NCBI GenBank assembly: GCA_050290185.1
Contig: JBNKHE010000006.1
Location: forward strand, 96,001 to 160,000
Origin: Pontiella sp.
GTDB lineage: Bacteria; Verrucomicrobiota; Kiritimatiellia; Kiritimatiellales; Pontiellaceae
Direction of reading: 5' to 3'
DNA: 64,000 nt
Shown: piece by piece, positions 40,416-51,070 of the stretch
Numbering within the stretch: position 1 is the first letter of the stretch
Layout of the letters: each line of letters begins with the position of its first letter
Program-made: the position numbers and the translations under genes
Notes under the pieces: model-generated
The model's database searches: none
Told to the model about the DNA's origin: nothing
What the model saw: the letters and a program-made list of their open reading frames with translations, nothing else

Positions 40416-41575
40416 TGCACGCCAAGAAGGACAAGCTCAGCCTGTTTATCTTCATCGACGCCTTCGGCTGGGAAGTGAAGCGGCGCAATCCCGGGTTTCT
40501 TAAGGGACTGATCCAGGACAGCAAACCCCTTGAAACCATTTTTGGCTATTCATCCGCCTGCGATCCATCCATCATCTCCGGCCTGACTCCCAGCGAGCAC
40601 GGTCTCTGGACCTCCTACTACTACGACCCCGAAAACAGTCCATTTAAATGGACGCGGTTTCTGCAGGTTTTTCCCGACGCCATCTTCCGCCGCGGCCGCA
40701 TTCGAAACCAGATGAGCAAATGGATCAAAAAACGGTGTGGCTTCACCGGATACTTCCAGCTCTATAGCGTGCCGTTTAAGGATCTGCCGCTGTTCAACTA
40801 TGCCGAACAGAAGCGCATCTGGGAACCCCGAGGTCTGCCCCGCGGGCAATCCATCTTTGATCTGATGACCGAAAACAACATTCCCCACTATGTCCATGAC
40901 AGCAGCTTGCCGGATGAACAACGGCTTGAACACCTCATGTCCGACATCCAGAACCAACGCATCGACTTTGCCTACTGTTCGCTGGGCCGCCTCGATGCCT
41001 TGATGCATGCTGAAGGGAACGACTCGCCGAAGATCGGAAAACTGATGGAATGGTACGACGATAAGATCCGCGCCCTGCTCGATGCTGCCGACGAAAATTA
41101 CAACGAGGTTTCCTGGTACGTCTTTACCGACCACGGCATGCACAACGTAACAGAAACCTACGACCTGATCGTGGACATCGAAGCCCTCGGCCTCGAATGG
41201 AACAAAGACTACGTCGCCTTCTACGATTCAACCATGGCCCGCATCTGGTTCCTCACCGACACGGCCCGCGAGGTGATTGTACGTCTATTATCCAACCACC
41301 CCAAAGGCCGCATCCTCTCCGAAACGGAGCTCAAAACCTTCGGGGTCCATTTCGAAGACGGGCAATATGGCGACCTGATCTTCCTGATGAACTCCGGCAT
41401 CCAGATTGTGCCCAGCTTCATGGGAACCCGGCCGGTCAAAGGCATGCACGGGTACCACCCCACCGATCCCGACTCGCTCGCCTCGATCGCATCCAACCGA
41501 TCGATTCCGTCCACCATCACCAAGATCCAGCATATCCACCAACTCATGCTCAATGAACTGGGACGTGAGGCGTGA
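40415..41575 (+). CDS. Alkaline phosphatase superfamily (nucleotide pyrophosphatase/phosphodiesterase-like) protein
   Basis: FIDAFG, GYSS, LDALMH, TDHGM, GMHGY metal ligands; no signal peptide; TGATG overlap. Confidence 0.85.
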   Translation: MHAKKDKLSLFIFIDAFGWEVKRRNPGFLKGLIQDSKPLETIFGYSSACDPSIISGLTPSEHGLWTSYYYDPENSPFKWTRFLQVFPDAIFRRGRIRNQMSKWIKKRCGFTGYFQLYSVPFKDLPLFNYAEQKRIWEPRGLPRGQSIFDLMTENNIPHYVHDSSLPDEQRLEHLMSDIQNQRIDFAYCSLGRLDALMHAEGNDSPKIGKLMEWYDDKIRALLDAADENYNEVSWYVFTDHGMHNVTETYDLIVDIEALGLEWNKDYVAFYDSTMARIWFLTDTAREVIVRLLSNHPKGRILSETELKTFGVHFEDGQYGDLIFLMNSGIQIVPSFMGTRPVKGMHGYHPTDPDSLASIASNRSIPSTITKIQHIHQLMLNELGREA

Positions 41576-41621
41576 GGAATACGGTTTACAATCACGTTTT
41601 AATCGTCAATCGTCACGGCTC

Positions 41622-41843
41622 ATGGAAGAGTTGACCCCCGATCCTGAATTTATGCTCGAACTTGCCGAAGCGCGGATGCCGTTCGGCAAGTACAAGGGCC
41701 GGTTGCTCATCGACCTGCCGGAGCCGTACGTCGTCTGGTTCCGGCAAAAGGGGTTCCCCACCGGGAAGCTTGGAACACAATTGGAAACCGTCTACGTCAT
41801 CAAAGCCAACGGGCTTGAACACCTCTTCAACCGGTTGCGCTGA
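41622..41843 (+). CDS. DUF3820 family protein
   Basis: MPFGKYKGRLLIDLPEPYVVWF..KGFP.GKLG..IKANGL. Confidence 0.88.
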   Translation: MEELTPDPEFMLELAEARMPFGKYKGRLLIDLPEPYVVWFRQKGFPTGKLGTQLETVYVIKANGLEHLFNRLR

Positions 41844-41852
41844 CCGGCTCAT

Positions 41853-44234
41853 TCATTGCTTTTCGATCGCCTGCGCTCGGGGGCGGTAGAGCAGGCCGTA
41901 GAACATTTCGAGATAGCGCCGGGTTTCTTCGCGGTCAATGTTGGAAATGTGTTTCCAGAAGCCGTAGATGCGCGTGAGTTTCAGCAAGCGCGCGGCATAC
42001 AGTTCCCAGGTATAGGCCGCCTCGACGCGGTCCAGCGAACCTTGCGAGAGCTGGCTCCAATAATTTTCGTCTTTGGTGGCCCGGTCAAAGAAGTCGCACA
42101 TTTTACGGGCGGTTTGCTCGCCGTGGTTCGGATCGATATGGAAGCCGCTGATCCCGTCTTCGATGATTTCGAACGGACCGCCGAAACGGGTGGCAAAAAC
42201 CGGCAGGCCGGAAGCCATGGCCTCGATCACGGTCAGCCCGAACGCCTCAAACAGGGCGGGTTGCACAAAGGCTCCGTGATTATCCGCAATACAGCGATAC
42301 AGCTCGCCGTTGAAGTTGCGGTCCGAGCTGGCCTTGACCCATCGGACACAGGCATCGAGATCGTAGCGATCCATGAGTTCATGCATCAACTCGCACTGCT
42401 GCCGTTCCTCCGAATCTCCCGACTTTTTCGGATCGACCGTACCGGCAACCAGAAACAGATTGGCTTTTTCCCGCAGCTCCGGGCACTCGGCATACCATTG
42501 AACAAATCCGGTGACGTTCTTGATGCGGTCGAGGCGCGACATGGCGAACAGCAATGGTTTTTCACGGTCGGCCAGCTCGCCCCGGGCATCCGGATTTGCC
42601 GACCCGTAAATCATGGAATCGATGTCGTTGTGCAGAGAGCTCAACCGCCGGTCCGTTTTGTTGAAGGAGAAATAGACCTCGGCGTCGGCGCCGGGCGAAA
42701 TAATGTTGAACTTGGGATCGAAGACATTAATGCCCTGAAGCACACGATACAGCCCCGGCATGGTGAAGGCCTGGTAGCTTTCATACTGCCCCATCCCCTC
42801 ATCGGTCCCTGCAATTTCCTGATAGGTGCTGGTGATGATGAAATCCGCCGTGTTCATCGCAATCAGGTCGGCCGTGAACTGGCAGGAAAAGTGGTATTCC
42901 GGATCATGCTTCTGCCAATGAAGGGCGGAGAACAGATACTTGGTCTTTTCCAGTGCATGGGCAATGTTGCATTGCGTCACTCCCAGACGCTGTGTCATCA
43001 ACGAGGCCACCAGATTGCCGTCCGAATAGTTGCCGATGACGAGATCGGGCCGGCCTTCCAGCTTTGCAACCAGGTCGCGTTCGGCTTCGCGGGCAAAGCG
43101 CTCCAGATAGGGCCATATTTCAAAGCGCGAAATCCACTGGGGAACCACTTCGCCGTTTTTATTCCGGAAAGGAACCCGCAGAATCAGGGCATTTTCCGTT
43201 CCGAGAATCGGTTCGACACGTTGATTGCAGGTGGTATCTCCGGCATCGGGTATCAGACGGGTCAGCACTACAATGCGGGGCTCGATATCAAGCCCCTGCT
43301 CATACAGGTCGTGCCGCATCTGTTTTTCGAGCGCACGCACCTGATCCAGGATATAGACCACCTGCCCGCCGGTGTCGGGCATCCCCAAAACCCCGGACTG
43401 GCCGAAATAGCCGTGAGGCGATAGGATCGCCAGCCGCGATACCATCGGAATGCGGCTGAGAAATTCCGTCAGGTTGGAGGCATCGGGCGATTCGAGCACG
43501 TCCAGCAACAGCCCCATGGTTTCGCGGATCTTGTCTGCACGTCTTCCCCATCCCGGCTCAAAACAGGATTCGGGGAGTTCGTTGTGCAGTTTATCCCATT
43601 CCAGCCCGGGATCAACCCCCTGCAGATAGCGCCGTGCTTCACGCAGGTACCGCTGCAGTTCTTCGACGTTTTCAATCTGCTGGTTCAACAGCAGTTGCAC
43701 GTCGCCGTATTTATGCAGTTTCAGGAAATCAAGCAGGGCCTCACCGTGCTGGCGTGAAACCGTATGGGCCAAATGGCGGTTCAGAAAAGCGACGCCCTGT
43801 CCGATTGAACTGGTTTCCTTCATGAGCGGGAATCCGCGCTCGAACGGCTTAAGATCGATTTCAAGCGACCAGTCCTCATCGGGACTGAAGTCATTGGCCA
43901 TCTTCTCCTTGGCCTGCAGGAAGCCGGATGGATTCAGCTGGCTGATGCTGACATTGGTGGTGTCGATGCAGTAATAATGCCACTCGGCCACCTTATAACG
44001 CGCCGCCATATGGAGACATCCCTCCTGAACAATCATTTCCTCGGTCTTGTGAAAGAGGGTTTCCGACTCCGTCCCGCGCAGGGAAAAACCTTCCGGAGAA
44101 TCAAGAAACAGATCGAGTATATCGGCCACATCCGTGCGAAGCAGCAGCGGGCGCTCGGATCCACAGAATCGCCGGAGCAGGGAAAACAGGGCAGGACGAT
44201 TCGTCTCGAAATCGGATTGCAGTCTAAGAATCAT
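41853..44234 (-). CDS. Sucrose synthase (GT4)
   Basis: [61 protein letters not shown]. Confidence 0.95.
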   Translation of the reverse strand: MILRLQSDFETNRPALFSLLRRFCGSERPLLLRTDVADILDLFLDSPEGFSLRGTESETLFHKTEEMIVQEGCLHMAARYKVAEWHYYCIDTTNVSISQLNPSGFLQAKEKMANDFSPDEDWSLEIDLKPFERGFPLMKETSSIGQGVAFLNRHLAHTVSRQHGEALLDFLKLHKYGDVQLLLNQQIENVEELQRYLREARRYLQGVDPGLEWDKLHNELPESCFEPGWGRRADKIRETMGLLLDVLESPDASNLTEFLSRIPMVSRLAILSPHGYFGQSGVLGMPDTGGQVVYILDQVRALEKQMRHDLYEQGLDIEPRIVVLTRLIPDAGDTTCNQRVEPILGTENALILRVPFRNKNGEVVPQWISRFEIWPYLERFAREAERDLVAKLEGRPDLVIGNYSDGNLVASLMTQRLGVTQCNIAHALEKTKYLFSALHWQKHDPEYHFSCQFTADLIAMNTADFIITSTYQEIAGTDEGMGQYESYQAFTMPGLYRVLQGINVFDPKFNIISPGADAEVYFSFNKTDRRLSSLHNDIDSMIYGSANPDARGELADREKPLLFAMSRLDRIKNVTGFVQWYAECPELREKANLFLVAGTVDPKKSGDSEERQQCELMHELMDRYDLDACVRWVKASSDRNFNGELYRCIADNHGAFVQPALFEAFGLTVIEAMASGLPVFATRFGGPFEIIEDGISGFHIDPNHGEQTARKMCDFFDRATKDENYWSQLSQGSLDRVEAAYTWELYAARLLKLTRIYGFWKHISNIDREETRRYLEMFYGLLYRPRAQAIEKQ

Positions 44235-44235
44235 A

Positions 44236-46386
44236 TTATTTCTCCTCGGGAATGTGGATTTCACCAAAAAAGTCGTAATGGGCAATCCCCTCCAGAATTC
44301 CGTTGGCGTGGCATCCTTCCGCAAAATAGATCCGGGGCCGCCCGCGCAGTTTTTTCAGCTCGGGGCTGTGATTGCCGACAACCACACCCAGCGTTTCCCC
44401 GCGGAGCATGTCTTCGTCGTTTCCGGAATCGCCCGCCACCAGCAGATGCTCAAAAGGTATGCCCCACTTGAATGCCAGATAGCGGATCGCCAACCCGCAC
44501 GATGCACGGATCGGCATCAGATCGAGATACATCCTGAACGAACAGGTCAGATTGACCCGAAGACCGGCCTCGCGGAGAAGACGGCGGATTCTCGCCACGG
44601 TCGGGGCCTTCTTTAAATCGATGGTATAGCTGATCTTGAAGCGATGCTGCTCCGTGACGTCCTGCATATACACGCCCGGAATTTCATCCATCACCGCCCG
44701 TATGGCGTCCGGCTCCCAGCGATAGTCGATGTGCCGCTTCCAAGCCTTGTCCTCCGTCAGGTGGCTGCCATAGCGGATGGAGGCACCGTTCGAGGTAATG
44801 AGAATATCCGGAGGCGGAGTCCCCAGTTCTTCTAGTTTTTCAAGCGCACTAACCTTCGAGCGCCCCGTTGCGATACCAAAGCCGGAGAACGAACCCGCCT
44901 GTTCCAACACCTTAAGCAACCGGGCGACAGCTTCGTCATCGCCAGTCAACGTATTATCGACATCCGTGATCAGGATTCGGTCCACTTCGGGGATGCGGCT
45001 TCGACGGGCTGACAGCTTCTGGGATCTTGAGCTGTCGGTCAATATGCCTTTGACCTCCCTGAGATAGCGATTCACGTGGCTAGGCCATGAAAACGTTTCC
45101 GAGGCCCCATGAATGCCGCTTTCCGACCATTTTTTCCACCTGTTGCCCTGCACCATGCCCAGCAGGGTCTCGCCCATCTTGTCGGCATCGAACGGATCGA
45201 TCAGAATACCGTTGTTGCAAGCGCCGATAATATCGCGTGGCCCGCCGTCGTTGGTCGCGGCAATCGGCAACCCGCTGGCCGCGGCCTCGATCAGAGTAAG
45301 CCCAAACGGCTCCGTCCAGGCGGGATTGACAAACACGCCGCGCGAGGCCGCCGCTAGGCGGTAGATATCCGGCACGTCGTCTGCGTCATGGTGTTTAGGC
45401 AGGGCTACCGATCCATACAGGTCGTATTTATCGATTAAATAAAGCACCTCGATCATCACCTTGCGCGAGCCCCGGTCCATAGCGCGAATATCGTCGCGGT
45501 TTCCCAGCACCAGCACCAGATTGGCCGCTTGGCGCAACCGCGCGTTGTTTGCATAGGCGTGGATCAGCGTGCTGATATTCTTGCGTTCATCCGGCCGCGC
45601 CATGGCCAACACCATGGGCCTGTCGGGGTCGTGCAGGAAGCGGTCGATTTCGCCGCGGATATGGCACTGAAATTTTTTGCGGGCCGGCGGGGAAAAGCGG
45701 TCGAGGTTGACCCCCGGCGGAATGACCCGCATGCAGGTCGGGTCGTAGTGTTCGTACATTTCATACTGTTGCTCGATCTCCTGATGCGTGCTGGTGATCA
45801 CCAGCGGCGCGGAATCCAACGCCAGCTCTTCGGCTTCGATGCGAGCATCCATGTTGTAGCGCTGGTTGATCTGCTCCCGCTGCGCCCCGCTTTCGAGCAT
45901 CCGCTCCATCTTCACCCGTCCGAGCGAGTGACCGGTAAACACAAACGGCACACCCAATAGATGAGCCAGGGTTGCCCCCACCATGCCGGCGTCGGCATAG
46001 TGTCCGTGTACGATATCGGGAATGCGGCGTAGCTTGCGGAAATGCGGCAGGGCGTTGTCGACAAAACTCGGCAGGTGCGGCCAGAGCTTTTCCTTGCGCA
46101 GATAGCGGCGTGGGCCAAAGGGAACCCGGATGATGTATGCGTTCTCAGAGAGTTGTTCTTCCGGCTGCGCGTAGCTGTCATCCACCTTCTTGTCGATCAC
46201 CTGCCGGGTAAAGAGATCCACGCGATCGACCGATGGATGCCTGGCCAGCGCCCGGGCCAGCTCGACGACATAGAGGATCTGCCCTCCGGTATCCGGGTCC
46301 CTTCCTAACTCCATATTCTGGCCACGAATCAGTCCATGCAAACTCAGCAACGCGATATAGCATCCCTTTTCTCCGTGCTTAGCCAT
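44236..46386 (-). CDS. Sucrose-phosphate synthase (GT4 plus C-terminal HAD domain)
   Basis: [53 protein letters not shown] motifs TDVDNTL and AGDSGND. Confidence 0.95.
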   Translation of the reverse strand: MAKHGEKGCYIALLSLHGLIRGQNMELGRDPDTGGQILYVVELARALARHPSVDRVDLFTRQVIDKKVDDSYAQPEEQLSENAYIIRVPFGPRRYLRKEKLWPHLPSFVDNALPHFRKLRRIPDIVHGHYADAGMVGATLAHLLGVPFVFTGHSLGRVKMERMLESGAQREQINQRYNMDARIEAEELALDSAPLVITSTHQEIEQQYEMYEHYDPTCMRVIPPGVNLDRFSPPARKKFQCHIRGEIDRFLHDPDRPMVLAMARPDERKNISTLIHAYANNARLRQAANLVLVLGNRDDIRAMDRGSRKVMIEVLYLIDKYDLYGSVALPKHHDADDVPDIYRLAAASRGVFVNPAWTEPFGLTLIEAAASGLPIAATNDGGPRDIIGACNNGILIDPFDADKMGETLLGMVQGNRWKKWSESGIHGASETFSWPSHVNRYLREVKGILTDSSRSQKLSARRSRIPEVDRILITDVDNTLTGDDEAVARLLKVLEQAGSFSGFGIATGRSKVSALEKLEELGTPPPDILITSNGASIRYGSHLTEDKAWKRHIDYRWEPDAIRAVMDEIPGVYMQDVTEQHRFKISYTIDLKKAPTVARIRRLLREAGLRVNLTCSFRMYLDLMPIRASCGLAIRYLAFKWGIPFEHLLVAGDSGNDEDMLRGETLGVVVGNHSPELKKLRGRPRIYFAEGCHANGILEGIAHYDFFGEIHIPEEK

Positions 46387-47311
46387 TGGTCACCGCCTCC
46401 AGTCCTTGGTATATGTCGGGGTTCGACGCCGTAGCGCCCTGCTGCCCGCAAACCCGAGTCGCCAGCTTTGTGGCACACGCCGCGGTTTCGGCGGGAGAGG
46501 AGCCCTTGAGAAAACCGCCCAGAATGGCGGCACAAAACGAATCGCCTGCCCCCACGGTATCGACCACCGGAGCCGTATCCTCATCGGGTTTCACACGCAA
46601 CGGTTCCACCGCGCCGGAACTATACAGCGCGCCTTCCTTTCCCAGCGTCAGCCAGATGGCATCCAGATCCCATTCGACACGAATCTTCCCGAGCGCCTCC
46701 TCCACCGCAAGCCCGCGCAGGCGTTCCGGCATCAGCAACTCCAATTCATCGTCGTTCAATTTCAACAGGCGCGCACGCTGTATCATATCCAGGACAGCAT
46801 CCTTCGACCACCAGGGCTCGCGCAGGTTGATATCCAGGAAAACCGGGGCTTCGGCCGCCTCGATCAGCCGCTCGAGAGCAGCACGCGATTTGCCGCGCAG
46901 CGCCAGCGAGCCATGGTAGAGGACGCCGCACTGCCGCAGGTTCACGGAACACCGGGCGGTTTCCGGTTCGATGAAATCATAGGCCTGGTCGGGCAGGATA
47001 TCGAAGGTGTGGCTCTTGCCGTCCATCTTGATTTCCACGCGTCCGGTCGGATGTTGCATGTCGCGCTGGATGCCGGAAGTATCCATCCCCCAATCGCGCA
47101 TCCGCGTAACCAGCTTCTGACCCGGATCATCATTTCCTATGCGGGAAATCAACAGCGGATTCCAGCCCAGGGCATGGAGGTGCCAGGCCACGTTGAGCGG
47201 AGCGCCTCCGGGAACGTTCCGGTCTTCAAAGCAGTCAAACAGTACTTCACCGAATACAACAGGACGGGTCGGCTGCATTTCGAGCGGATCAATTATTACC
47301 TTCCGGCTCAT
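46379..47311 (-). CDS. PfkB family carbohydrate kinase (probable fructokinase)
   Basis: FGEVLFD, PGGAPLNVA, DINLR, KLNDDEL, DTVGAGDSF; overlaps the SPS start. Confidence 0.9.
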   Translation of the reverse strand: MSRKVIIDPLEMQPTRPVVFGEVLFDCFEDRNVPGGAPLNVAWHLHALGWNPLLISRIGNDDPGQKLVTRMRDWGMDTSGIQRDMQHPTGRVEIKMDGKSHTFDILPDQAYDFIEPETARCSVNLRQCGVLYHGSLALRGKSRAALERLIEAAEAPVFLDINLREPWWSKDAVLDMIQRARLLKLNDDELELLMPERLRGLAVEEALGKIRVEWDLDAIWLTLGKEGALYSSGAVEPLRVKPDEDTAPVVDTVGAGDSFCAAILGGFLKGSSPAETAACATKLATRVCGQQGATASNPDIYQGLEAVTNG

Positions 47312-47414
47312 GACCTTAACCAAGCATTTCCAACGGACGACCGCAAAGGAATTATCAAACTTCCCCGGAAATCCGTTTGCAACGAGTGGTTAAAGCGCGT
47401 TAGGTAGAATCATC

Positions 47415-48221
47415 ATGAACACGACTCGATATCTGCTCGCCAGCGACATGGACGGCACCGTCATCCCGCTTGATGACCGGCCCGAACGGGAACAGGAGAT
47501 CGAATGGTTCACCGACGATCTGCATGGGCAGTCGGGACTGGTTCTGGCCTACGCCACCGGTCGCGATCTCAACCGTGTACTTATGGGCATCGCCGAATGG
47601 AAACTCCCGGAAGCGGACTGGCTGATCTGCGATGTCGGCACCTCTCTCTACTACTCCGCCGACGACGATGGTGAATGGGTTTTGAGTAACGAATACCGTG
47701 CGGAAATGCAACAGCGGTTCGGAGGGCACACGGCGCACGATGTTGCCGAAGTCCTGCAGGGCTACCCGGAACAGGACGCCTCGCGACAGACAGAGTTTAA
47801 GCACAGCTATGTCTTCAAGGTTGAGAACAAACCTGAACAGCTACTGCCGGAGATAAAACAGAAGCTGCAGGATGCCGGCATCCGCGCCGAGCTGGTTTAC
47901 AGTACCGATGTCTACACCGGCGAAGCCTTTCTCGATGTACTCCCCGCCGGCGTGGCCAAAGACTACGCCGTTTATTTTCTGCGCAAGCATCTGAACCTCG
48001 ATGCAAGCCAGGTGGTTTATGCCGGCGATTCCGGAAACGACGAACTCGCCTTCAAAAGCGGCATCAACGGCATCGTGGTAGCCAACGCCGACCCCAAGCT
48101 TGTAGCCGATCTAAAAAAATGGGCCGCCGAAAACGCCAAGCGTGACCACTTGTTTTTTGCAACCCAACCTTTCATCGCCGGCGTCCATGAAGGATGCCGC
48201 CATTTCGGGCTTCTGCACTAA
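47415..48221 (+). CDS. HAD-IIB hydrolase, probable sucrose-phosphate phosphatase
   Basis: ASDMDGT, YATGR, CDVGT, KHSY, DVLP...K, AGDSGND; divergent from the sucrose operon. Confidence 0.85.
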   Translation: MNTTRYLLASDMDGTVIPLDDRPEREQEIEWFTDDLHGQSGLVLAYATGRDLNRVLMGIAEWKLPEADWLICDVGTSLYYSADDDGEWVLSNEYRAEMQQRFGGHTAHDVAEVLQGYPEQDASRQTEFKHSYVFKVENKPEQLLPEIKQKLQDAGIRAELVYSTDVYTGEAFLDVLPAGVAKDYAVYFLRKHLNLDASQVVYAGDSGNDELAFKSGINGIVVANADPKLVADLKKWAAENAKRDHLFFATQPFIAGVHEGCRHFGLLH

Positions 48222-48235
48222 CATCGATCAAGACA

Positions 48236-49822
48236 ATGGATATTGCACAACACCAACCGGCCGTACTGGACTATTGGTTGATTGCCCTGTATGCCGCCGT
48301 GGTTCTGTGGATCGGCATCCGCTTGGCCAAAAAACACACGAACGCCGAGGACTATTTCCTCGCCGGCCGCAACATGATCTGGCCGTTTATCGGCGTCTCG
48401 CTGTTTGCCTCGAACATTTCCTCCACCACGTTGATCGGGCTGGCGGGCGATGCGTACCATACCGGCATCTCGGTCTTCAACTATGAGTGGTCGGCGGTGA
48501 TCGTGCTGGTCTTTTTCGGACTGTTCATGCTGCCCGCGATTCTAAAGTCGCGGGTCTTCACCATACCGGAGTTTCTGGAAAAGCGGTACGACCGGCGCAT
48601 ACGCATCTACTTTTCCGCCCTGACGCTTTTCCTCAACATCGTCGTCGACACCGCCGGCAGTCTTTTTGCCGGTGGCATCGTGCTGAAGATGGTCTTCCCC
48701 GAAACCGATCTGGGCCTGATCATCACCTGCCTCGCGGTCGTGGCAGGCCTGTACACCATTGCCGGCGGTCTGGCGGCGGTGATCTACACCGACTTTATCC
48801 AAACCATCCTGCTGCTCATCGGAGCCATAGTGATCAGCACGGTCGCATTTTCACGCGTCGGCGGCTGGGCCGGCATGACGGAAGGAATCGACCACGCCCA
48901 GCTCAGCCTGATTCGTCCGCTGGATGATCCGGGCGTGCCATGGCTCGGCGCGCTGCTGGGAATCCCGATCCTCGGATTCTATTTCTGGTGCGGCAACCAG
49001 TTCATGACGCAACGCGTCCTCTCCGCCAAATCGGTGGACCACGGCCGCAGAGGCGTATTGCTCGCGGGACTGCTTAAATTACCCGTCTTGTTCATCATGG
49101 TCCTGCCCGGCACGATGGCGATCCACCTTTATCCCGACCTGCCGCGCCCGGATCTGGTCTATCCCACCCTGATGTTCGATCTGTTGCCGACCGGATTGCT
49201 CGGACTGGTACTCGCCGGATTCATCGCGGCGCTGATGTCGCAGATCGACTCCACCTTGAACGCCGCCTCAACGTTGGTGACCATGGATTTCATCCATACC
49301 CGCATGCCCCAGCTTTCCAGCCGTGGCCTGATGGTTACCGGCCGTTGGGTAACCGGCATATTCATGGTGCTGGCCGCGCTCTGGGCCCCGCAGATCGAAC
49401 GGTTTCCCTCTCTCTTCAAATACCTGCAGATGGTCCTCTCCTATACCGTGCCGCCGATCGTGGTCATCTATTTGATCGGCGCGTTCTGGAAAGGCGCCAC
49501 GGCCAAGGGCGCCTGGCACACGGTACTATTCGGCACGCTTGTGGGCGGCGCACTCTTCGTCGTCAATGAAATTCTCGGATGGACCCATTTGCACTTCCTC
49601 TACATTGCACCGATCCTCTTTAGTGTTTCGCTCCTGATCCTGCTTCTGGTCAACCATGGCGGAACGGCCCCCGCTCCCGAACAGCAGGCTTTGGTCTGGA
49701 CGCCAGCCTTCTTCCGCGCCGAATCCATGGAACTGAAAGGCGTGCCCGTTTGGAAAAACTACCGCATCCTCTCCATCATCCTGCTCGCCCTCACCGCCTG
49801 GCTCGTGATTGCTTTTCGGTAG
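48236..49822 (+). CDS. Sodium:solute symporter (SGLT-like sugar transporter)
   Basis: DYFLAGR, SLFASNISS, TIPEFLEKRY, GGLAAVIYTD, NQFMTQRVL, AALMS. Confidence 0.92.
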   Translation: MDIAQHQPAVLDYWLIALYAAVVLWIGIRLAKKHTNAEDYFLAGRNMIWPFIGVSLFASNISSTTLIGLAGDAYHTGISVFNYEWSAVIVLVFFGLFMLPAILKSRVFTIPEFLEKRYDRRIRIYFSALTLFLNIVVDTAGSLFAGGIVLKMVFPETDLGLIITCLAVVAGLYTIAGGLAAVIYTDFIQTILLLIGAIVISTVAFSRVGGWAGMTEGIDHAQLSLIRPLDDPGVPWLGALLGIPILGFYFWCGNQFMTQRVLSAKSVDHGRRGVLLAGLLKLPVLFIMVLPGTMAIHLYPDLPRPDLVYPTLMFDLLPTGLLGLVLAGFIAALMSQIDSTLNAASTLVTMDFIHTRMPQLSSRGLMVTGRWVTGIFMVLAALWAPQIERFPSLFKYLQMVLSYTVPPIVVIYLIGAFWKGATAKGAWHTVLFGTLVGGALFVVNEILGWTHLHFLYIAPILFSVSLLILLLVNHGGTAPAPEQQALVWTPAFFRAESMELKGVPVWKNYRILSIILLALTAWLVIAFR

Positions 49823-49870
49823 GAAGCCAGCTATGCTCCAACGCATTATCCGAACAGAAAGGAAAACAAT

Positions 49871-50338
49871 ATGGAATCACTCGAAGGAAAAAAGGCGCCG
49901 GCGTTTACGCTCGAAGGTAGCGACGGCAAGAAGCACTCGATCAAGGAGTATGCCGGCAAGCGGGTCGTCATCTATTTCTATCCGCGCGACAACACGCCCG
50001 GCTGTACCAAGGAATCCTGCGGCTTCCGCGACCTGAACAAGGAAATCGCCGGCCTGAACACGGTCGTCCTCGGTGTCAGCAAGGACAGCCTCGCCTCGCA
50101 CGACAAGTTTATCGAAAAGTTCAACCTGCCCTTCGTCCTGCTCTCCGATCCGGAAACCAAGATGATGGCCAAGTATGGCGCATGGGGCGAAAAGGTGCTC
50201 TACGGCAAGACCTCCATCGGCTGCATCCGCTCCACCGTGATCATCGATGAAAAGGGCAAAATCATCAAGCACTGGCGCAAGGTCCCCAAGGCCGAGGCTC
50301 ACCCCGCAAAGGTGCTGGAAGTTCTCCAGAGCCTGTAG
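49871..50338 (+). CDS. bcp: Peroxiredoxin Bcp/PrxQ
   Basis: YFYPRDNTPGCTKESCGFRD. Confidence 0.93.
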   Translation: MESLEGKKAPAFTLEGSDGKKHSIKEYAGKRVVIYFYPRDNTPGCTKESCGFRDLNKEIAGLNTVVLGVSKDSLASHDKFIEKFNLPFVLLSDPETKMMAKYGAWGEKVLYGKTSIGCIRSTVIIDEKGKIIKHWRKVPKAEAHPAKVLEVLQSL

Positions 50339-50367
50339 GGTTGAAACCTTTCATCCGCTAATAGTAC

Positions 50368-50419
50368 TGGAGGGGCATCGTCCTCGATGACCACGGACGC
50401 CGGGGACGGCATCCCTCCA
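50368..50419. repeat. REP-like imperfect inverted repeat between convergent genes
   Basis: tggaggg...gtcctcg...cggggac...ccctcca. Confidence 0.55.
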
Positions 50420-50421
50420 AT

Positions 50422-50643
50422 TCAAACCCACCAGATGCCGCGCTTGCGCGGATTGCCGAACGAAGCAAAGTCATCGCCCGATTCGCGCAATACGGTATCG
50501 AGTTCCTCTTCCGTGAAGTCGAAGCCCTCCCGGTTGGCTTCCGCCACAAAGGCCGGTTTCGGCTCCAATGTATCGTATTTCAGCCGCAATACCTTGTCCT
50601 CGCCACCCGCAATCAAAAACCGTTCCACTTCTTTCTTCGCCAT
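50422..50643 (-). CDS. Nif11-like leader-peptide family small protein
   Basis: MAKKEVERFL...FVAEANREGFDFTEEEL matches the Nif11 pattern (FL...A...GF.FT.EEL); AGGAG SD. Confidence 0.8.
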   Translation of the reverse strand: MAKKEVERFLIAGGEDKVLRLKYDTLEPKPAFVAEANREGFDFTEEELDTVLRESGDDFASFGNPRKRGIWWV

Positions 50644-51070
50644 TTTCTTCTCCTGGTTAAATAGGTTACCTCTATTTAACATGAGGTGTGCCAACCAGCC
50701 CGAAACCCATAAGCTACTTGCTTTCTATAGGTTGCATAAATCCCAAAAAAGCAGGGTTCCGGAAAGATTTGTCGGACACGTCCGTTTGGACCGATCCGCA
50801 GCTAGACAAAGCAATACCTGAGCGTATGTTGCAAAAAATGGTGACAAAAATTTCCGCCCGTAGCCATTCCGAACAATAAAGCCCTTCTGCTGCACGAAAA
50901 GATGGGTTCAAGTGGGGGAGATTATGCTTTAGCTTCGAATGCAATTCTTTAGATGCCTATCCATTCCGAAAAGAGCTTTTATCATAATCTAAAGTTTTGC
51001 ATCATGTCATTGAAAGTGAATGAATCGATCCATCCGAAGCATGTACAAGAAAGCACCAGAGGGACTCCAT

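Noticed and set aside
41856..43424. 522-aa plus-strand ORF (likewise 38-655, 5804-6883, 6949-8106, 52217-53161 and 56515-57660)
   Set aside because: Antisense to well-supported genes; expected from GC-biased codon usage.
50700..50950. NifA upstream activator site (TGT-N10-ACA)
   Set aside because: No exact match found by eye; only half-sites.
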